A stretch of 64,000 nt of DNA, taken from assembly GCA_002633005.1 (NCBI GenBank), contig NMRA01000094.1:393714-457713 (forward strand), given 5' to 3'. The position numbers were made by a program, and so were the translations under genes. This DNA comes from Phoronis australis (Eukaryota > Animalia > Phoronida). The notes under the pieces are model-generated. The model saw only the letters and a list, made by a program, of their open reading frames with translations. It did not search any database and was not told the DNA's origin. This document shows positions 37,925 through 51,651 of the stretch, one piece after another; position 1 is the first letter of the stretch; each line of letters starts with the position of its first letter.

Positions 37925-40413
37925 TGTGACACATGAACCAAATTACATCTGAAAATAAATGAAAAAGGCAGAATGAAAACATTTCCTCTATGACAACATA
38001 TACACAACAAGGCCTAACAATAGTGTTACATACTAACCACATTGTATTACATGCCAACACACCCTCACTGACATAAGGAGTCCAATGTTTATATATTAGC
38101 AACTCTCTCAGCATTGTAGAAGATGAACACATTTACATGTGAAAACACATGGTTCATATTAACAGTTCTTGCAACTTGTGTGCAAAGTTCCAAGCATTTA
38201 CCAACAAAAATATTGATTTGATATTTGACAGCATACTGCAATATGAAGGTTTCATAAAGACTCCCAAATGTCAATAAAGCTAATGAAATGTATTTATAAT
38301 AGAACACTTTTATCTGGTGACATGATATTTTATCCGTAAAACGTAATTCAGTGTGAGCCCTCCTTTAGATTATGCAAGGGTGTTTCAGTTTCATAGTGTT
38401 TCAAATGTATGAAAGACATATCGCCATGCACAAACATCTCCTAAAAATCAATCCTCATATTTTAAGCTATAAACCCATACCCTTAGGTTGACAGTATGAG
38501 CAAGAAGCCAAAGATTTCCCTCTTGTCTAAGATCTCAATGGCTTTCTTTCAGACAAATTATAGTGATTCAACAACAATAAAGATGTTTACAACTAGTGAC
38601 AGCATGTCTGCAACTATTATGACATGATTTCAACCCATAACTAAGAATAGAAATGAAGTTTCACTGCATTTTCCCCATTCAAGAAACCACAGGGGCATTC
38701 CTAGCACTTAAAGAGATGCATTTTGCCCTGAATTCTGCCTTTTATTCTCATAAAATCAGTCTGGTAATATTCCTTACTGTGATACCATTTAAAGAATCTT
38801 ATCACCATAAGGAACACAAAGAGACTGATTTCATGAGAGTAAATGGCAGAATTCAGATTTTGCTTTTCATCAAGCTAAACAGGGTGAAATGTAGCTAACT
38901 TTTACAAAAGTATGTATTTGGATAAATCGGTTTATGATGACAATGGCTGCACCCATTGAATGCTCCCAGGGAGTTGAGATTGAGATTGACCAGGTCCATG
39001 GACAGGTAATACTAATATTAAGTGCTTAAAGTAATTTACAGTGCTATGTAAACCTGGCCTAATTATTATAATAATATTGTTTTCAATTTTGACAATTTGA
39101 TTTCATTTGACTAAGCCCAAAACGTCACGCTGACAGTTGTAATTCCTAGCTTGATAGCTTGCCTGAAAATTCAATTGCCCAACTCCATTATGTTCACAAT
39201 ATTGCAGCTCACCTATATTAGTATACATGATAATGGAGCGTTTTTGGTGGAGTCTTCACTAGCTCCTTATCAGTGAAAAATTGCTGTTAAATTCTGTAGT
39301 CACATAATGATTCTATGGTTCAGCTTACAAGTATTTGTAGGAACTTCCATGCACCAGTACAAACTATCAAGACAGTTGCAATCCAGTGACCCATAGACAA
39401 TTTCTCAGAATCCTGCTCTAACTCCAAAATGTACAATGATGACAAGTCTCAAGTCTACACAATCACACTGAAGCACTAGTCCTCACTGGATCTTAGGCAT
39501 TTCCAGTCATTTCGCTTTTCAATATCACAATATTACATAAATCAACATCAGTCATGTACGCTAAATCAATGCTACACATGCATTTATTGACTCCTGCAAC
39601 TTATTGTATTCATTACTGGCGTTCTTGTACAGCGCTCAGACCATCCCAAATAGGTTAAGTACTTAAAGCCTATCTTGAATGGTAACACTTGTAAATTTGG
39701 ACACTACAGTATATTAAGAGCATCGCTCTGAGCCCACCAGTTCCATAAATTGTCAAATGTAACGAACTGTTAGGCGTATTGGTTTGCTTTTGTCTACATC
39801 ACTGCGAGAATCGCCTTTTAATTGGGCAATTCCATTTGTGACGGACGTACAAACAGATAACATTTTATCAATTGTGAAAACATAAATTCTAGGAAAATAA
39901 TTATACATCAATTCTTAGGTCTCATGGATAGCATTCAAAGCATGCATCAATTTTTCTCTCATCTTTTTACCTGACTGAGAAAAGTACCTTTAACGGGGAG
40001 TGACGGACATACGCAGAGAATTGGGATTTTTGAAAAAAAATTTTAACATTAAAAATTTAACGTTAATTTTCTGTGAGTTAAATTTGGTTACAATTTTTTG
40101 TTTTATATAATGATTTAGTGGAATGTGTGCAAAGTACAACACACTAATTTTTTAATGATATCTTCTAAGAAATTTTTGTCAGACAGCTCAATGTAAGTTG
40201 AGTGAGTGTGACGGACGTACGCTCTGAATTTCTAGTTTTAAATTGTTTGTTGTGATAAAGATATCAACTGCGAATAATTCAAACTTTGCAGTATTTAAGC
40301 TATATTGGTTTTTTGCTTCTAATTCAGTGTTTTTAATCAAAATGCACAGATTTACCTTTTGGACAAAATCATCAAAGGTAGGCCAATGCTGGGAATATAC
40401 CCTAGGATTTTAA

Positions 40414-41724
40414 AGAGTTCCCACCATGCATTTTCTTACCTTTTCAGGTTTCAGTTTGCTAATATGAATCGAATACCATAAAATCTTGCTAAATAGGCAC
40501 TTTTTATGCCAAATAGTGGCAACTTTTTTCATTTTGAAGAAAAATTACTTATTTCTAAGTTTCTCGCCAAATGATGCAATGGGTGGAATACGGTTGGCCG
40601 CTTGACAATCATTTGCAATGTCGGAACACTGCAGGTCAGAAGACAATGACAATATTAGGCGAGAATTGGACAATTATTATGCAGACAGACAGGAGAGTGG
40701 ACGTAGGCACTCATACTCAAGTACTTGAAGAATCAGACAATGAATTCGATTTCCCATTTAGCGAACTTTCGTCGGGTTTCAGGCCGTATGAACTCGACCC
40801 ACTTGCACGAGAAACAACATATGTGAGCCACAACCAACTCTACCAAGTGGTGGTCACTACTCACAAAATAGACACTTAATAATTACTAACAAAGGCCACA
40901 GCCAACCTGGGTTACTCGTATTCACTATTGCCGTGATGGAATGAGCACAGTCTAAACACAATATGCATAAGCCTACTTGTAGTAGGCACTCGATCTAGGT
41001 CGGGGTCCAGGGCCTGGCATCACTCGCCCTACAATGGAAGCAGTTTGTTCGTTATTTACAAAATTTGCAAATGCACTTACTTGGTGGTGAGTCATACATT
41101 TTAACGCCGCTTATGTGTGTGGTCGAAACACGATTCTTTGAAATATGCCGATCAAAGTGTGGCTTACGCCAAACTGAATCTCATGTTCCACACTGACACT
41201 CCACACTCTTGTTCGACGCACAATCATGGGTGGCGCAGCACTGAAAAAAGTGGGGGCTAAACCCCCCCAATTTTTAGATTGTTTCGTAGCAACAGGTGTN
41301 TGGGCGGCTTAGCCCTGAAAAAGTGGGGGGCTATAGCCCTACCCTAGGCCCCTATGGTGCCCCGCCCATGACAAACCGATGCCATTTTTGTGCAACTTTC
41401 ACGTATTTTGAAAATTTGAACACTAAGACGTTCACAGTCAAGTTGTTGTTATCACAGTTTCCACAAACGCACCTTTTCATGTCTGAAAAAGACGGCTCCA
41501 CGCTGACTTTCTTCACAACTCCTCTCAGTATCGCACTGGTAAAACAACAACGGCTGTGGCGGTCTTCCACCCATTGCGTACAAACTCGATAACAGAAAAA
41601 TATATTTTTAAAATTTTTAGATTGTTTCGTAGCAACAGGTGTATTAAAGACTATTAAATCTGTTAAGATGTAATACCCGGTAATAAAATTCCTTTTTGAG
41701 ACACAGGCTCATGGTGGGAACTCT
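40414..41724 (-). mobile_element. Kolobok-like non-autonomous element nested in the Sola2-like element, with a THAP remnant
   Basis: 15-bp TIR agagttcccaccatg/catggtgggaactct with TTAA on both sides; minus-strand MKRCVCGNCDN...FKFSK...QKWHRFV. Confidence 0.75.
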
Positions 41725-43079
41725 TTAACTTTTCAATACATTTGATTAAAGATATACAACAACCTCCTAACATCCTCACCTATCTCTGGAGATGGTAAGC
41801 AATATACATGGGAATGAGAGTGATAACCATTTTGTAATTGACACGTGTTGGTTATCAGGAAAACTGTTTTTATGTGTTAAGTAGAATACTAATTCAAAAC
41901 TAATAAGTGAATGTGACTATCAAAATATAAAATGTGAAATAAGTTTAAACTTTAAAACATTACTTATTATCATGTAATAAGAATACATTTTAATTATTTG
42001 TTTTTTAAATTAGAACTCGCCTCAGCTTCTATGAACTTATTCTCTGGTCCATGTTGTTGATGGTTCTGATGCATGCCCATGTAAACAATAAAGGACAAAC
42101 AACAAACAAAGTGTCAAGCAGGCAATTGGTTCAGCATGGTTTAGTTGACTTCTGGCATAAATCAAAACACGGCGCTGTCTACCAGTGTGAAAACAAGACA
42201 TTAAATTACATTACATTTAGGATTATGATTTAGGAATATGTGGAGCTATTAAACTTTTCAGATTTTGGTCTTTATTTAGTGATTATCATGATTAGTTTTT
42301 CATCTTTTTAACTCATGCCTTCTTGTCAATTTTAAAGAGAGACATTAAATAATGTCACATCACGGTTCACGCAGGTACAATTCCGAATTTCGTGATCCAG
42401 GGTGGCATTTTTTTTCTTCCCATGGTCTCCAACATCTTCCTGTTTCGTTTCTGAACGCCAATTTAATCTCCTTGAAGCTCAGCAGAAAAAAATTATTAGT
42501 TCATTCTTAAAAAGATTGCGAGATCAAAGTTCTTGTTTTGACAAAAATCTGTATTACGACTGCAAGATATGACGAAGTAATCATTTGCTATGAAATCATT
42601 TCATACAAGCCACCCAAGACACTGAAAAACACAACGAGACCAGTCAGTGAAGGTGTGACAAAAATGCTCAATAAAGTAGGTGACAGGTTGCTACCACTTA
42701 AAAATGCCCAGCATCGGCTTTTCCAATACAAAACATATAGCATAGCAGGTCAGAGCAGAGATAACACCACGCAACAGAAACTTGACAGGTATTCCTTTAG
42801 GTCCCTTATTATTTATAGTCCAGAGCACCTTTAGGATTTGTTTTGCAAGAATATTTTTGCATCTGGAACTTTCCAAAAGATTATAAGTATTTCTTTACAA
42901 ACACCGGGTAGCAACAGAAAAACAACAAGTTCATTAAATTAACATTGTCTTTTTACATATTTTTATAATGTGGTCCATCTGTCTGATTTTAACAAGATGA
43001 ATTTTACTAAGAATAACTAGATGATACTGTAAACTTTAACTTTTCAGCAAACACTTTTGAAATTGAAAAAGGTCAGTGT

Positions 43080-43263
43080 ATCTAGTTTAAATGTGTAGAA
43101 ACTACTTTACTTGATGTTAAAGCTGTCTTCATAATATTTAAACTACTTTACTTGATGTTAAAGCTGTCTTCATAATATTTAAACTACTTTACTTGATGTT
43201 AAAGCTGTCTTCATAATATTTAAACTACTTTACTTGATGTTAAAGCTGTCTTCATAATATTTA
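43080..43263. repeat. 41-bp tandem repeat, 4 copies
   Basis: aactactttacttgatgttaaagctgtcttcataatattta. Confidence 0.9.
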
Positions 43264-44198
43264 ATCGATTTAAGGTTTTTTAGTGCAAGGTACCTTTTAT
43301 TTTCTGTAAGTTTCAGTAAAAATGCGATCTAAGATTATTTTTAAAGGTTGAAAAGTTGTAATTTTATAGGTGTGATGGACATACGTGACGCAGGTACAAA
43401 TTTGCCGTACATCTGTTACACAATTTCTGACTTAACAAATAATCCCTGGGATCTAAAATTTTGGACAGTAGTATTGAGTAACAAATTCAAAGAGACTCTT
43501 AAATAATTTTAATTTTGGTTGAAAACTTTTAACGTAACTAAACTTATTCACTTTGTGGTACCATGATACATATCCAGTTGACTTTTGACCCCAGGAGGTG
43601 CCAAAGTTGAAATGTTTTTTTTATAAAGCTTGAACTTCGTGTGATTGCACAAATTTGATAATTATCTTATTTATGACAATAATTAGCAACACACATGAAA
43701 ATCGACCTTTTCACAGAATTGCCCGGCTAATTTTTTAGGGTCAAGTGACCCCAAAAATGGGTCCGTTTAGGCAAAAATTGTCTCTCGGTTGACCTTTTCA
43801 AGGAATTGCCCAATTCAAACAGCTGCGAATAACACCCGTACGTAATGGTGTTCTAGTTAGACCCCTATTCAATACAACTGTTATGACCTTTTGTTGTTTG
43901 TGCAGGGATCTTGCGGTGATGCAATATGGCACCAAAAGGCAGCTTCACCTATCATTTGACGGGCCTACATCTGCATGATTGAACTCGCATGTTCTCATTT
44001 TGTTAAGGCTTTGCTAGGAGTACCTGGTTAGCTCAATACATCTAAAATAACAAAATTCCGTTAAAGTTAGGCTTCAAAACCTCAAGGCATTAAACAACCT
44101 TGGAAAGGAATTGACAAACCTGAACATCATGCCAAGGCACATTACAGATTCAGTGTCAACACTGCAGTCGTTGAATATGTAGTACAAATAAGAGCAGA

Positions 44199-44478
44199 GT
44201 CTTCTGATATAGGCTGTACAACAAGACATGGTGCGCAGTCAATTATCTTCTGATATAGGCTGTATAACAAGACATGGTGCGCAGTCAATTATCTTCTGAT
44301 ATAGGCTGTACAACAAGACATGGTGTGCAGTCAATTATCTTCTGATATAGGCTGTACAACAAGACATGGTGCACAGTCAATTATCTTCTGATATAGGCTG
44401 TACAACAAGACATGGTGCGCAGTCAATTATCTTCTGATATAAGCTGTACAACAAGACATGGTGCGCAGTCAAGTATCT
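44199..44478. repeat. 46-bp tandem repeat, 6 copies
   Basis: tcttctgatataggctgtacaacaagacatggtgcgcagtcaatta. Confidence 0.92.
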
Positions 44479-45217
44479 ACTGGAAACGTGATTAAAATGG
44501 AATGGATAACTAGATAATTAAACTTATCATTGACAAATAATTCACTTCCACTTGTCACTAAAATGTAATAAAACATGCTACCTAATTTGATTCAAAACTG
44601 AATGATGGATTCCCTAATGATTTGACCAATAATTCACAGAAACCAGTGTAGAAGATAAGATAGCAAAAGTGCACATCTGTAATGACAGCACCTGATAGTG
44701 TAATGTATGGTAAAACCTGATTAACTGCTCTGCTTCAATTACCTGGTAGTTTGATGCCACTTTCCCACTCCATGGGATTCCCGGACTTAATAAGCCATCA
44801 CAACTTCAAAATAAGTGAATTAATGTGCAGAGATGCATAGCTCCGCTGCAGTGGAAACATTTACTCCACATCGATTGGAATAAACACTAGAGGTCATCGC
44901 ATCAATCACACGAGTCTAAACGAGACATTGTCATTCGCGCTCTCAATAGTCATGTATAAAGGAATAAACGGAACAGAAATGTAACAGAGAATAACACCAA
45001 TCAGTCTGGCATTATTCACTGTAAATGGCGAGAGATGTTTATTAATGCTGAATCCACGAGAGTGTGATTCAAATACGCCATCTGGTGTTTGATCCCAGTA
45101 ACTCTGATGTCGTCAGTCAATGGGAAAGGTAAGTCGGGCTTGTGATGGAATTGCCATAGACCAGAGTTCCCTTAATGGAAAAGCGACACAATTGTAATAC
45201 ATAATGCATTTAACTAT

Positions 45218-45756
45218 TGTAGTAATAGCCGAGATCACCCGACTCGGAAATCGAACCAGCGACCCTCATAAAACCGGCAAGCGTGCTAACCATTCAGCTA
45301 ATAGGCAATTGCCCGTTAGCGAGTAGCTAACAGAGGCTCACATAATTCACCGGAAGCACATCTACAACATTCCCCCCTTTCCTACGGAACGGGCACGCAA
45401 CCAGGAAGGTGAACACCAGGATGTCTCGCATACAGGTCATCAACGTCCCTTGGTACCTTTATCACCATAACACAGGTGAACACAAGGTAGTCTCTCATAC
45501 AGGTCCTGGACTCCTGGAACCTTCCACGTGCGCCGTCCCGAGGTCCGTGGGTACTAGTTGGCAGTGCTTCATCGGTTGATCATCCGTTTGTGGACTACGC
45601 CATTTGTAATAATTGCCAAGATCACCCGATTCGGGAATCGAACCAGCGACCCCCATAAAACCGGCAAGCATGCTAACCATTCAGCTAATAGGCAATTGCC
45701 CATTAGCGAGTAGCTAACAGAGGCTCATATAATTCACTGGAAGCACATCTACAACA
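45218..45756 (-). mobile_element. TRIM (miniature non-autonomous LTR retrotransposon) with tRNA-derived LTRs
   Basis: Two 152-bp TG...CA direct repeats (45218-45369, 45605-45756), 4-bp TSD CTAT, minus-strand PBS TGGCGTAGTC, PPT GGAAAGGGGGGAA, A and B boxes inside each LTR. Confidence 0.9.
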
Positions 45757-45918
45757 CTATAGTACCTGATGCACTTATTAGTCTTAGTATGTTTGAGTTT
45801 CAATACCACAGTTTGAACTATATGTGTGTGCCACTTTCTTTAATAAGCCGCATGTGTGCAATCTAGCTTTAGTAGACAGAACCAACGTCTCAACTGGCCT
45901 CAGACTGAGGCTCAGTGG

Positions 45919-46098
45919 AAGCGATGGTGCTGTCTATACTGTGTTGTATTACTGCAGGTTCACTAGCTAAGCTAACTAAGCGATGGTGCTGTCTATACTG
46001 TGTTGTATTACTGCAGGTTCACTAGCTAGGCTAACTAAGCGATGGTGCTGTCTATACTGTGTTGTATTATGACTGCAGGTTCACTAGCTAGGCTAACT
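45919..46098. repeat. ~59-bp tandem repeat, 3 copies
   Basis: aagcgatggtgctgtctatactgtgttgtattactgcaggttcactagctaggctaact. Confidence 0.9.
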
Positions 46099-46386
46099 GG
46101 AACAAGAGTGGTAAAAGCTCAGTCAGCAGATGAAACAGTTTATATTCTAAAAACATTGCAATTGAGCGCTTTCTTTAGGTAATATTACATGTTTTGAAGA
46201 TGTTGAATAGTGGGTGTCGATCATGGGTACAAACTATCATGAGCCAAGTGCACAGGTGGACTTTGGGGAGCACAAGGGGCCTAAATTACAGTCTTCCTCA
46301 AATTAATGTTTCCTGGGAAAAAGATAAATTCGATACTCTCCAGAAATATCTCTGAATACAGTGAACCACACAGCCTCTACCTCTAC

Positions 46387-46690
46387 CTGGACCCAGTACC
46401 AGTACAGTAGACGGTGAAGCTTCACACGCCGGAAGATTTTCGGCGAATTATGTCTCATACTGAATAAAACATCTAATTGCTTGCCTGTTAAATCCTTACT
46501 AAAAGTACCATGTCTGCATTGCTTTGTTTCCTTTTCTGTAACATGATTTCAAGATGAAAAAATCAAACGTGATTCGCGATGACACATTTTCACGACACTT
46601 TGACCCACATCTTGTTCACTTTGTGATCAATAGAGAGCGCTGTAACATCGCGACTACATCGCCACCTGTGGTAGCCCTAGGGCAACTTTA
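46387..46690 (-). promoter_or_regulatory. Candidate VPS13D promoter and non-coding first exon
   Basis: Locally CpG-richer, apparently non-repetitive stretch with CCGGAAG (ETS-like), two TCGCGA words and a minus-strand donor CCAG|gtagag at 46387; inference only. Confidence 0.3.
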
Positions 46691-46773
46691 CTTTGGTCCG
46701 CTAACATGTAGGGAGCAGGACAATGTCATGTAGCCAGATGCTGTCAGACGAAAAACATGCCACTTTGACACTA

Positions 46774-47732
46774 CAGTGGCGGATCTAGGATATCGAAATG
46801 GGGGGCCCAACATTTTGTCTGTAAACATTTGCTCAAAGCACGATTGTAGATGCGCATAGCACCGAATCGGGTCGGGAGGGGGGTTTGCCCGCCCAGGAAA
46901 TTTTTCTGTTTTTTCCTCTAAAAATCAAGCATTTTCCTTGATTCCCGAAGTATTATCCAAGAAAAAAAAAGGCAAAATAAAAAACACAGAGAAAGTGTCA
47001 AACAGGAAAAACTGCAAGCACTACAGACTCGAACTCATGACGTGGCAGATAGAGAGCGCGTGCTTTACCACTGCACCACCAGGATTTGCACTCCTAATTT
47101 GATTCTAACAGACCTACATGTTTATGGTTCACAGAGTTTACGCGCGAAACCTCCTTCTTTTGTAATGCTTATTACATGTTTTATATTTTGTGCAATCAGT
47201 TCGTAACAACTTTGTTGTATTTAAAATAGTCTTCAATTGCCGTTTTCTGTGTTGGCAATAATGACGCGATTGCTTTGGAAATCGTCTTAAGTTAAGGTTT
47301 GACAAAGAGAGAATTATGAGTTTCTGAGTGATTCACTAAGGCTTCGATCTTACCAGCAGCTTCTGTTTTTTCATCATCACTCAGATTCCATTTTCTTTAA
47401 AAAATGAAGTAATTTTCTTCATTGCACAGTGGAGCAGACGACGGAAACGGAGTCGTGGTGCCCAGCGCCACTGCCGGTCGCCTGGGATATCGCGGGAGAG
47501 CCGATAGCTCCGTTACGATTGCGCCGTGTTCCGAATTTGACACTTGAAATTGGATCTGAGCCACCCCCCTCCCCCCAACACTAAAACTGCACACATTTAA
47601 ACCTTGTTTCAGCCGTATAATTTTAATTACCGGGGTTAATTATTAAACTCAACATTTCCCTACGGTCTTGCTGTTTTATTTTTTTGCGGCAGCCAAGGGG
47701 GGGCCCTACCCCCCCCCCAAATCCGACTACGC
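46774..47732. mobile_element. hAT-like MITE remnant containing a tRNA-like (A/B box) segment at ~47025-47085 on the minus strand
   Basis: cagtggcggatctag start with gggggcc subterminal motifs; degenerate right end; minus-strand ggtggtgcagtggtaa...gttcgagtc. Confidence 0.45.
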
Positions 47733-50700
47733 ACTAAAGCAATGCTTAGCGATCTTTTCTGTTTTTTGATAGCGTTCCTACTTCTCGGTCTCGTAAATTG
47801 CCTCTTTGGCGAACAGTTTTTGACCATACCCATGATTTCCTTGATGTGTTGTTTGGCAGTTGGGCCCAGCCGACCCCCTCGCTGGTTCTGGTGCCCGCTT
47901 TGAGTGGTAGCCACCACGCAGGTAGCAGGCAGTAGCACGCGCTGTATCATTGGTTGATATAACCTCGGCCGTCATTAGTTAGCTTTATAAAAAGTGAGAA
48001 AATGAACTATTTTTAGCCTATAATTAAGTGGCGTCACCGACGGTAGCAGCTAGCCAAGCAACTCATGGCTCCGGCACCCCGGTAGGGCGAGGGGGGCCCG
48101 GCGAATTGGGCAAAAACTTGAGGTCCGCCTTAACGAAACAAAAAGTCCGAGTAAAGAGACAAAAGTCCTCGCTGCCTGTTGAGGATTGCCCCATGACGTA
48201 CCTTTCCCACCTGAAAATTGACCGTCGGACGACCATCGTCCGACGGTTGGAGTTAGCTAATGCGAACACAATAGCCCATTGAATTCAGTACAGCTGCTTG
48301 AGCTGCTTCATGGTCACGTACGTAATCCTTTATGACACCTCATTATGCCATAAAGCTACGTGCTGGTCGACTGTTGGCAAAAAAAATAAAGTTTATTTTA
48401 AAAATCTACCTGCCTAACAGAATTCCTCGCTTAAAACTAAGCATTTTAGAACTTTGAATTTTCTTTCTAGGCCAGAAAATATTTTTTTTTTAATATAAAA
48501 ATTTACCACCTTGTGTACGAGCAGAGCGTATGTTGTGATTCGCCGCCATGAGGCAACTTATAATTTCCTACCAAAAGGCCAAAATGTACCACAATCAATT
48601 TGATTCAATAAAAAGCAAGTTTCATTATATAACATATTACACAATAAGAAGAAATATTTTGTTAAAACGAATAGCAATTGAGAACTTGTTTTTAAGCGTA
48701 GGTATACAGTCGTCATTTTTCGAAGTAAACAATCCCACGTGCTTCAGTCGAACTTCCAGTGATGTTGAGTACGCCTACGTAGTTTGCGATCGCGGATTTT
48801 TTTCAAAGTAGGCGAGAAGTGCCAAGCTGTGGATAAGCAGGGCAGACGCCGACCGTGCATGGATGAGCGTGTAAGCACTAATCTGTTTCGTTAAGTTTCC
48901 CGACTGGCCTGGACACGGAAACTCGAAAGAGACGTGGACTCGAGTGAAATTCAACACGGTCAACTACCCAAAGCTCAAGCGCTTAGGGAATAGAGGTAAG
49001 TACTAAGGTACACAGTGACAGGATACAACCAGAGAATGGTGCACATTTTAACGTAATATTTCTTGCGCGTTAGGTCTACTATTTTTGTTATGTGAATTTA
49101 TAACAGCCTTCAGGCCTTCCCCGTATCAATTGTTTCTCGCAAACCTGCTCCCATGTAAGTACCTAGGCCTACCCCTAGGCAACACGTAGCCCCTCCGCTC
49201 GCTAAATTTCACTTAAAAAAGCGCTTACTTTCTTCAGCGATCATTTCTGATTCTGTACATATCTTCCATGAAGCATGTTTGTTGAAGTAAGATGATTATG
49301 GCGAAGAATTCGAATTCCACTTTTTAGTAGCCGTTAACTTTTTCATCGCGCGCGACAGCCACAATCCATTTCCATTGAGTTAGGCAAGGACAAGCGCCAG
49401 ACTGAGAGAGCACGTGACCTCGCGTGTGACACTTGCAAAATAGCATTGCAGATATTAGGTGGTTTTTTAAGATTCGTGTCCCATGCACTGTGTGCATTTA
49501 CAGGCGTGACTTTACGTGACTTCCTCGGCATTCACGGCGATGTAATTTACCTTACCTACCTCGTAATGACTGATTTTTTGAGAGTTCGATTTTAAGCTGA
49601 ATTGTTGTGGAAATTTTTGTGAGGGTGGGTTGTTTGTGTGATTACGCCGAATAGATTTTTATTAGGCGATGGTCATTGCCTAGATTTTTATAGACTTTAA
49701 TAATTACATTCAAAAGTGATGAAACCGTTAACATTAAAAAATACTAAATTACAGTCTTATTTGATTTAACTTATATTTTTCCTTCTGTATACTTTGTGTT
49801 TCATACTTGCCTTTGAGGAAAAGTGAATGAGATTTTCAACATGCATTACACCCTGCAAGTCGGGTACGTGTTATGAACTCTAACTTTGTATGCCTTTTTT
49901 CAGTCAGTGGATTTTTCAAAGGGAAACAACGCAGAGGTCCCAAAGCAAGAGTGTTGTTTAATGGTGACACAGTGAACTACTTAACACAAGATGGAGACCA
50001 AACAAGGATTAAAAAATACATGAATGACCGGCCAATCAGAAACGCCGATGTAAAAAAAATTAGGGAAAATTAAGTCAGATACCTACTTGCTGGCTACCAC
50101 CTAGCGGCATGCAGGGAACCAGCGAGGCACGCAGGTATTATTTAGTTTTCCTGGGGAAATTTTTTACACCGGGGTTTCTGATTGAATGGCCGAATTCTGA
50201 ACAGGTAGCGCTTTACACAAACAAACTGACATGATTGACGGAGGAAGTGTAAATGTGGTCTGTTGTAGGCTACAGACAAATCGGTGCTTATTGTGGTTGC
50301 GCCTTTTCGGTATGCATCTTTCTACTGTAGCTGACTTTTGTTTACCTTGCTGACCTGTATTCATACAGTATGAATATCGCACCAGTTAAATCGGCCAGAT
50401 GTGTGTTTACTGTACATGTAGGCCCTATGTGCTTCAAGCTTGCGGCTATTAAACATTACTTCAGAAACGAAATAGTTGCTACTACGCCACTAGCATGGTC
50501 AAGTTTGGAGAAGTCGAATTGCCCCCCTTCCCTTCTTACGGGCCTGGTATGATACTGAACAGTTTTTTACTTAGAAGTCTCATAATTAAAGCCTTTTTGT
50601 GTGCTTTTGTAGTGCATCTTGTTCAGCTTCTAGTTGGTCTGTATCCATTGTAATTAGATTCAATATTAAACCTCTCATTGTTTTAACTAAATCGGACGAT

Positions 50701-51554
50701 TCTCTTTCGGGTAATTGTAATTGTATCACATTATTGTATTTCTTAAAAAATGTTTCAAAAATGAGATAATATTAAAACTTTGTGTTGAAGTGATGGAAAG
50801 TGTTTGTAAACTTTCGAATTCTCAAAGTGAGCCTTTTGTAGAGGAAAGGCGCCGCCACTTTGGAACAAGTAGGAATTACAAAATGTACCCTTCCCACAGA
50901 TCGGTCTTCTGTGAAAACGTTCAATATACACCCTTGAGCAGCAAGTCCCCGAATTGGGGTTGAAACCTGGCCTGTGATGGTTGTTATTCGACCGTTTTCA
51001 TCGAAGTTCCGTAATTGCTGAAGCACTGTTCAGAACATTAATTATTGGGAGGAATAATTCTGACGCCTAGTGAAAGACGCGGACCTGCTAAGTGTTGCCC
51101 ACAAGATACTAGTGATGTGTCTTTTATTTGGCTCAGTGTAGAAACTGAAAACACGTTCAAGAATGTCTGTCTATTGGCAAATAATGATTAATTTATTTCA
51201 ATTACTGTCCATGACCTCAGTACAAGTAATTAAGTTGTACCGTAAAACTCTGGCTGCCTAATACTACAGCCTTCATATAGTTAGAGTATGTCTCCATATT
51301 GGAATATCAAAAGCCATGGCTTTATATTTGGAGTCGTTTGCACCCTGGGGTGAACAAAATCATTCATTGATTAATGGAACTTCAACATATGGGTCTTGCT
51401 TTGAAAATACACCAGGAAGGGAACAATAATAAATCTGAACTAATTGATATACATGTACATAATTCATTAAATACACGACACTTTGTTCTTAACAATCTTT
51501 ATTCCGTTCTGTTCGTATCATCGGAACAAAGATCTACACTGAACAGAACAATTG

Positions 51555-51572
51555 GCACATACACACATGCAC

Positions 51573-51604
<32 letters not shown>

Positions 51605-51618
51605 GTATATGTATATGA

Positions 51619-51651
<33 letters not shown>

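Larger units (their letters stand above)
39824..43811. mobile_element. Decayed DNA transposon, Sola2-like
   Basis: TIR GGGCAATTCC...GGAATTGCCC, 4-bp TSD AATT on both sides, subterminal gtgacggacgtac repeats. GRG termini plus a 4-bp TSD fit Sola2 as I recall it. Confidence 0.65.

Noticed and set aside
45622-45693. Functional tRNA gene
   Set aside because: A and B boxes are present, but it lies inside an LTR and I could not build a convincing acceptor or anticodon stem
47025-47085. tRNA gene on the minus strand
   Set aside because: Only box motifs remain and it is embedded in a repeat; more likely a SINE or TE fragment
47980-48358. tagctttat...ataaagcta element with an internal palindrome
   Set aside because: Short TIR and imperfect flanks; insufficient support
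47660-51026. Short ORFs as exons of a second host gene
   Set aside because: No recognisable protein similarity or consistent splice chain; likely TE debris
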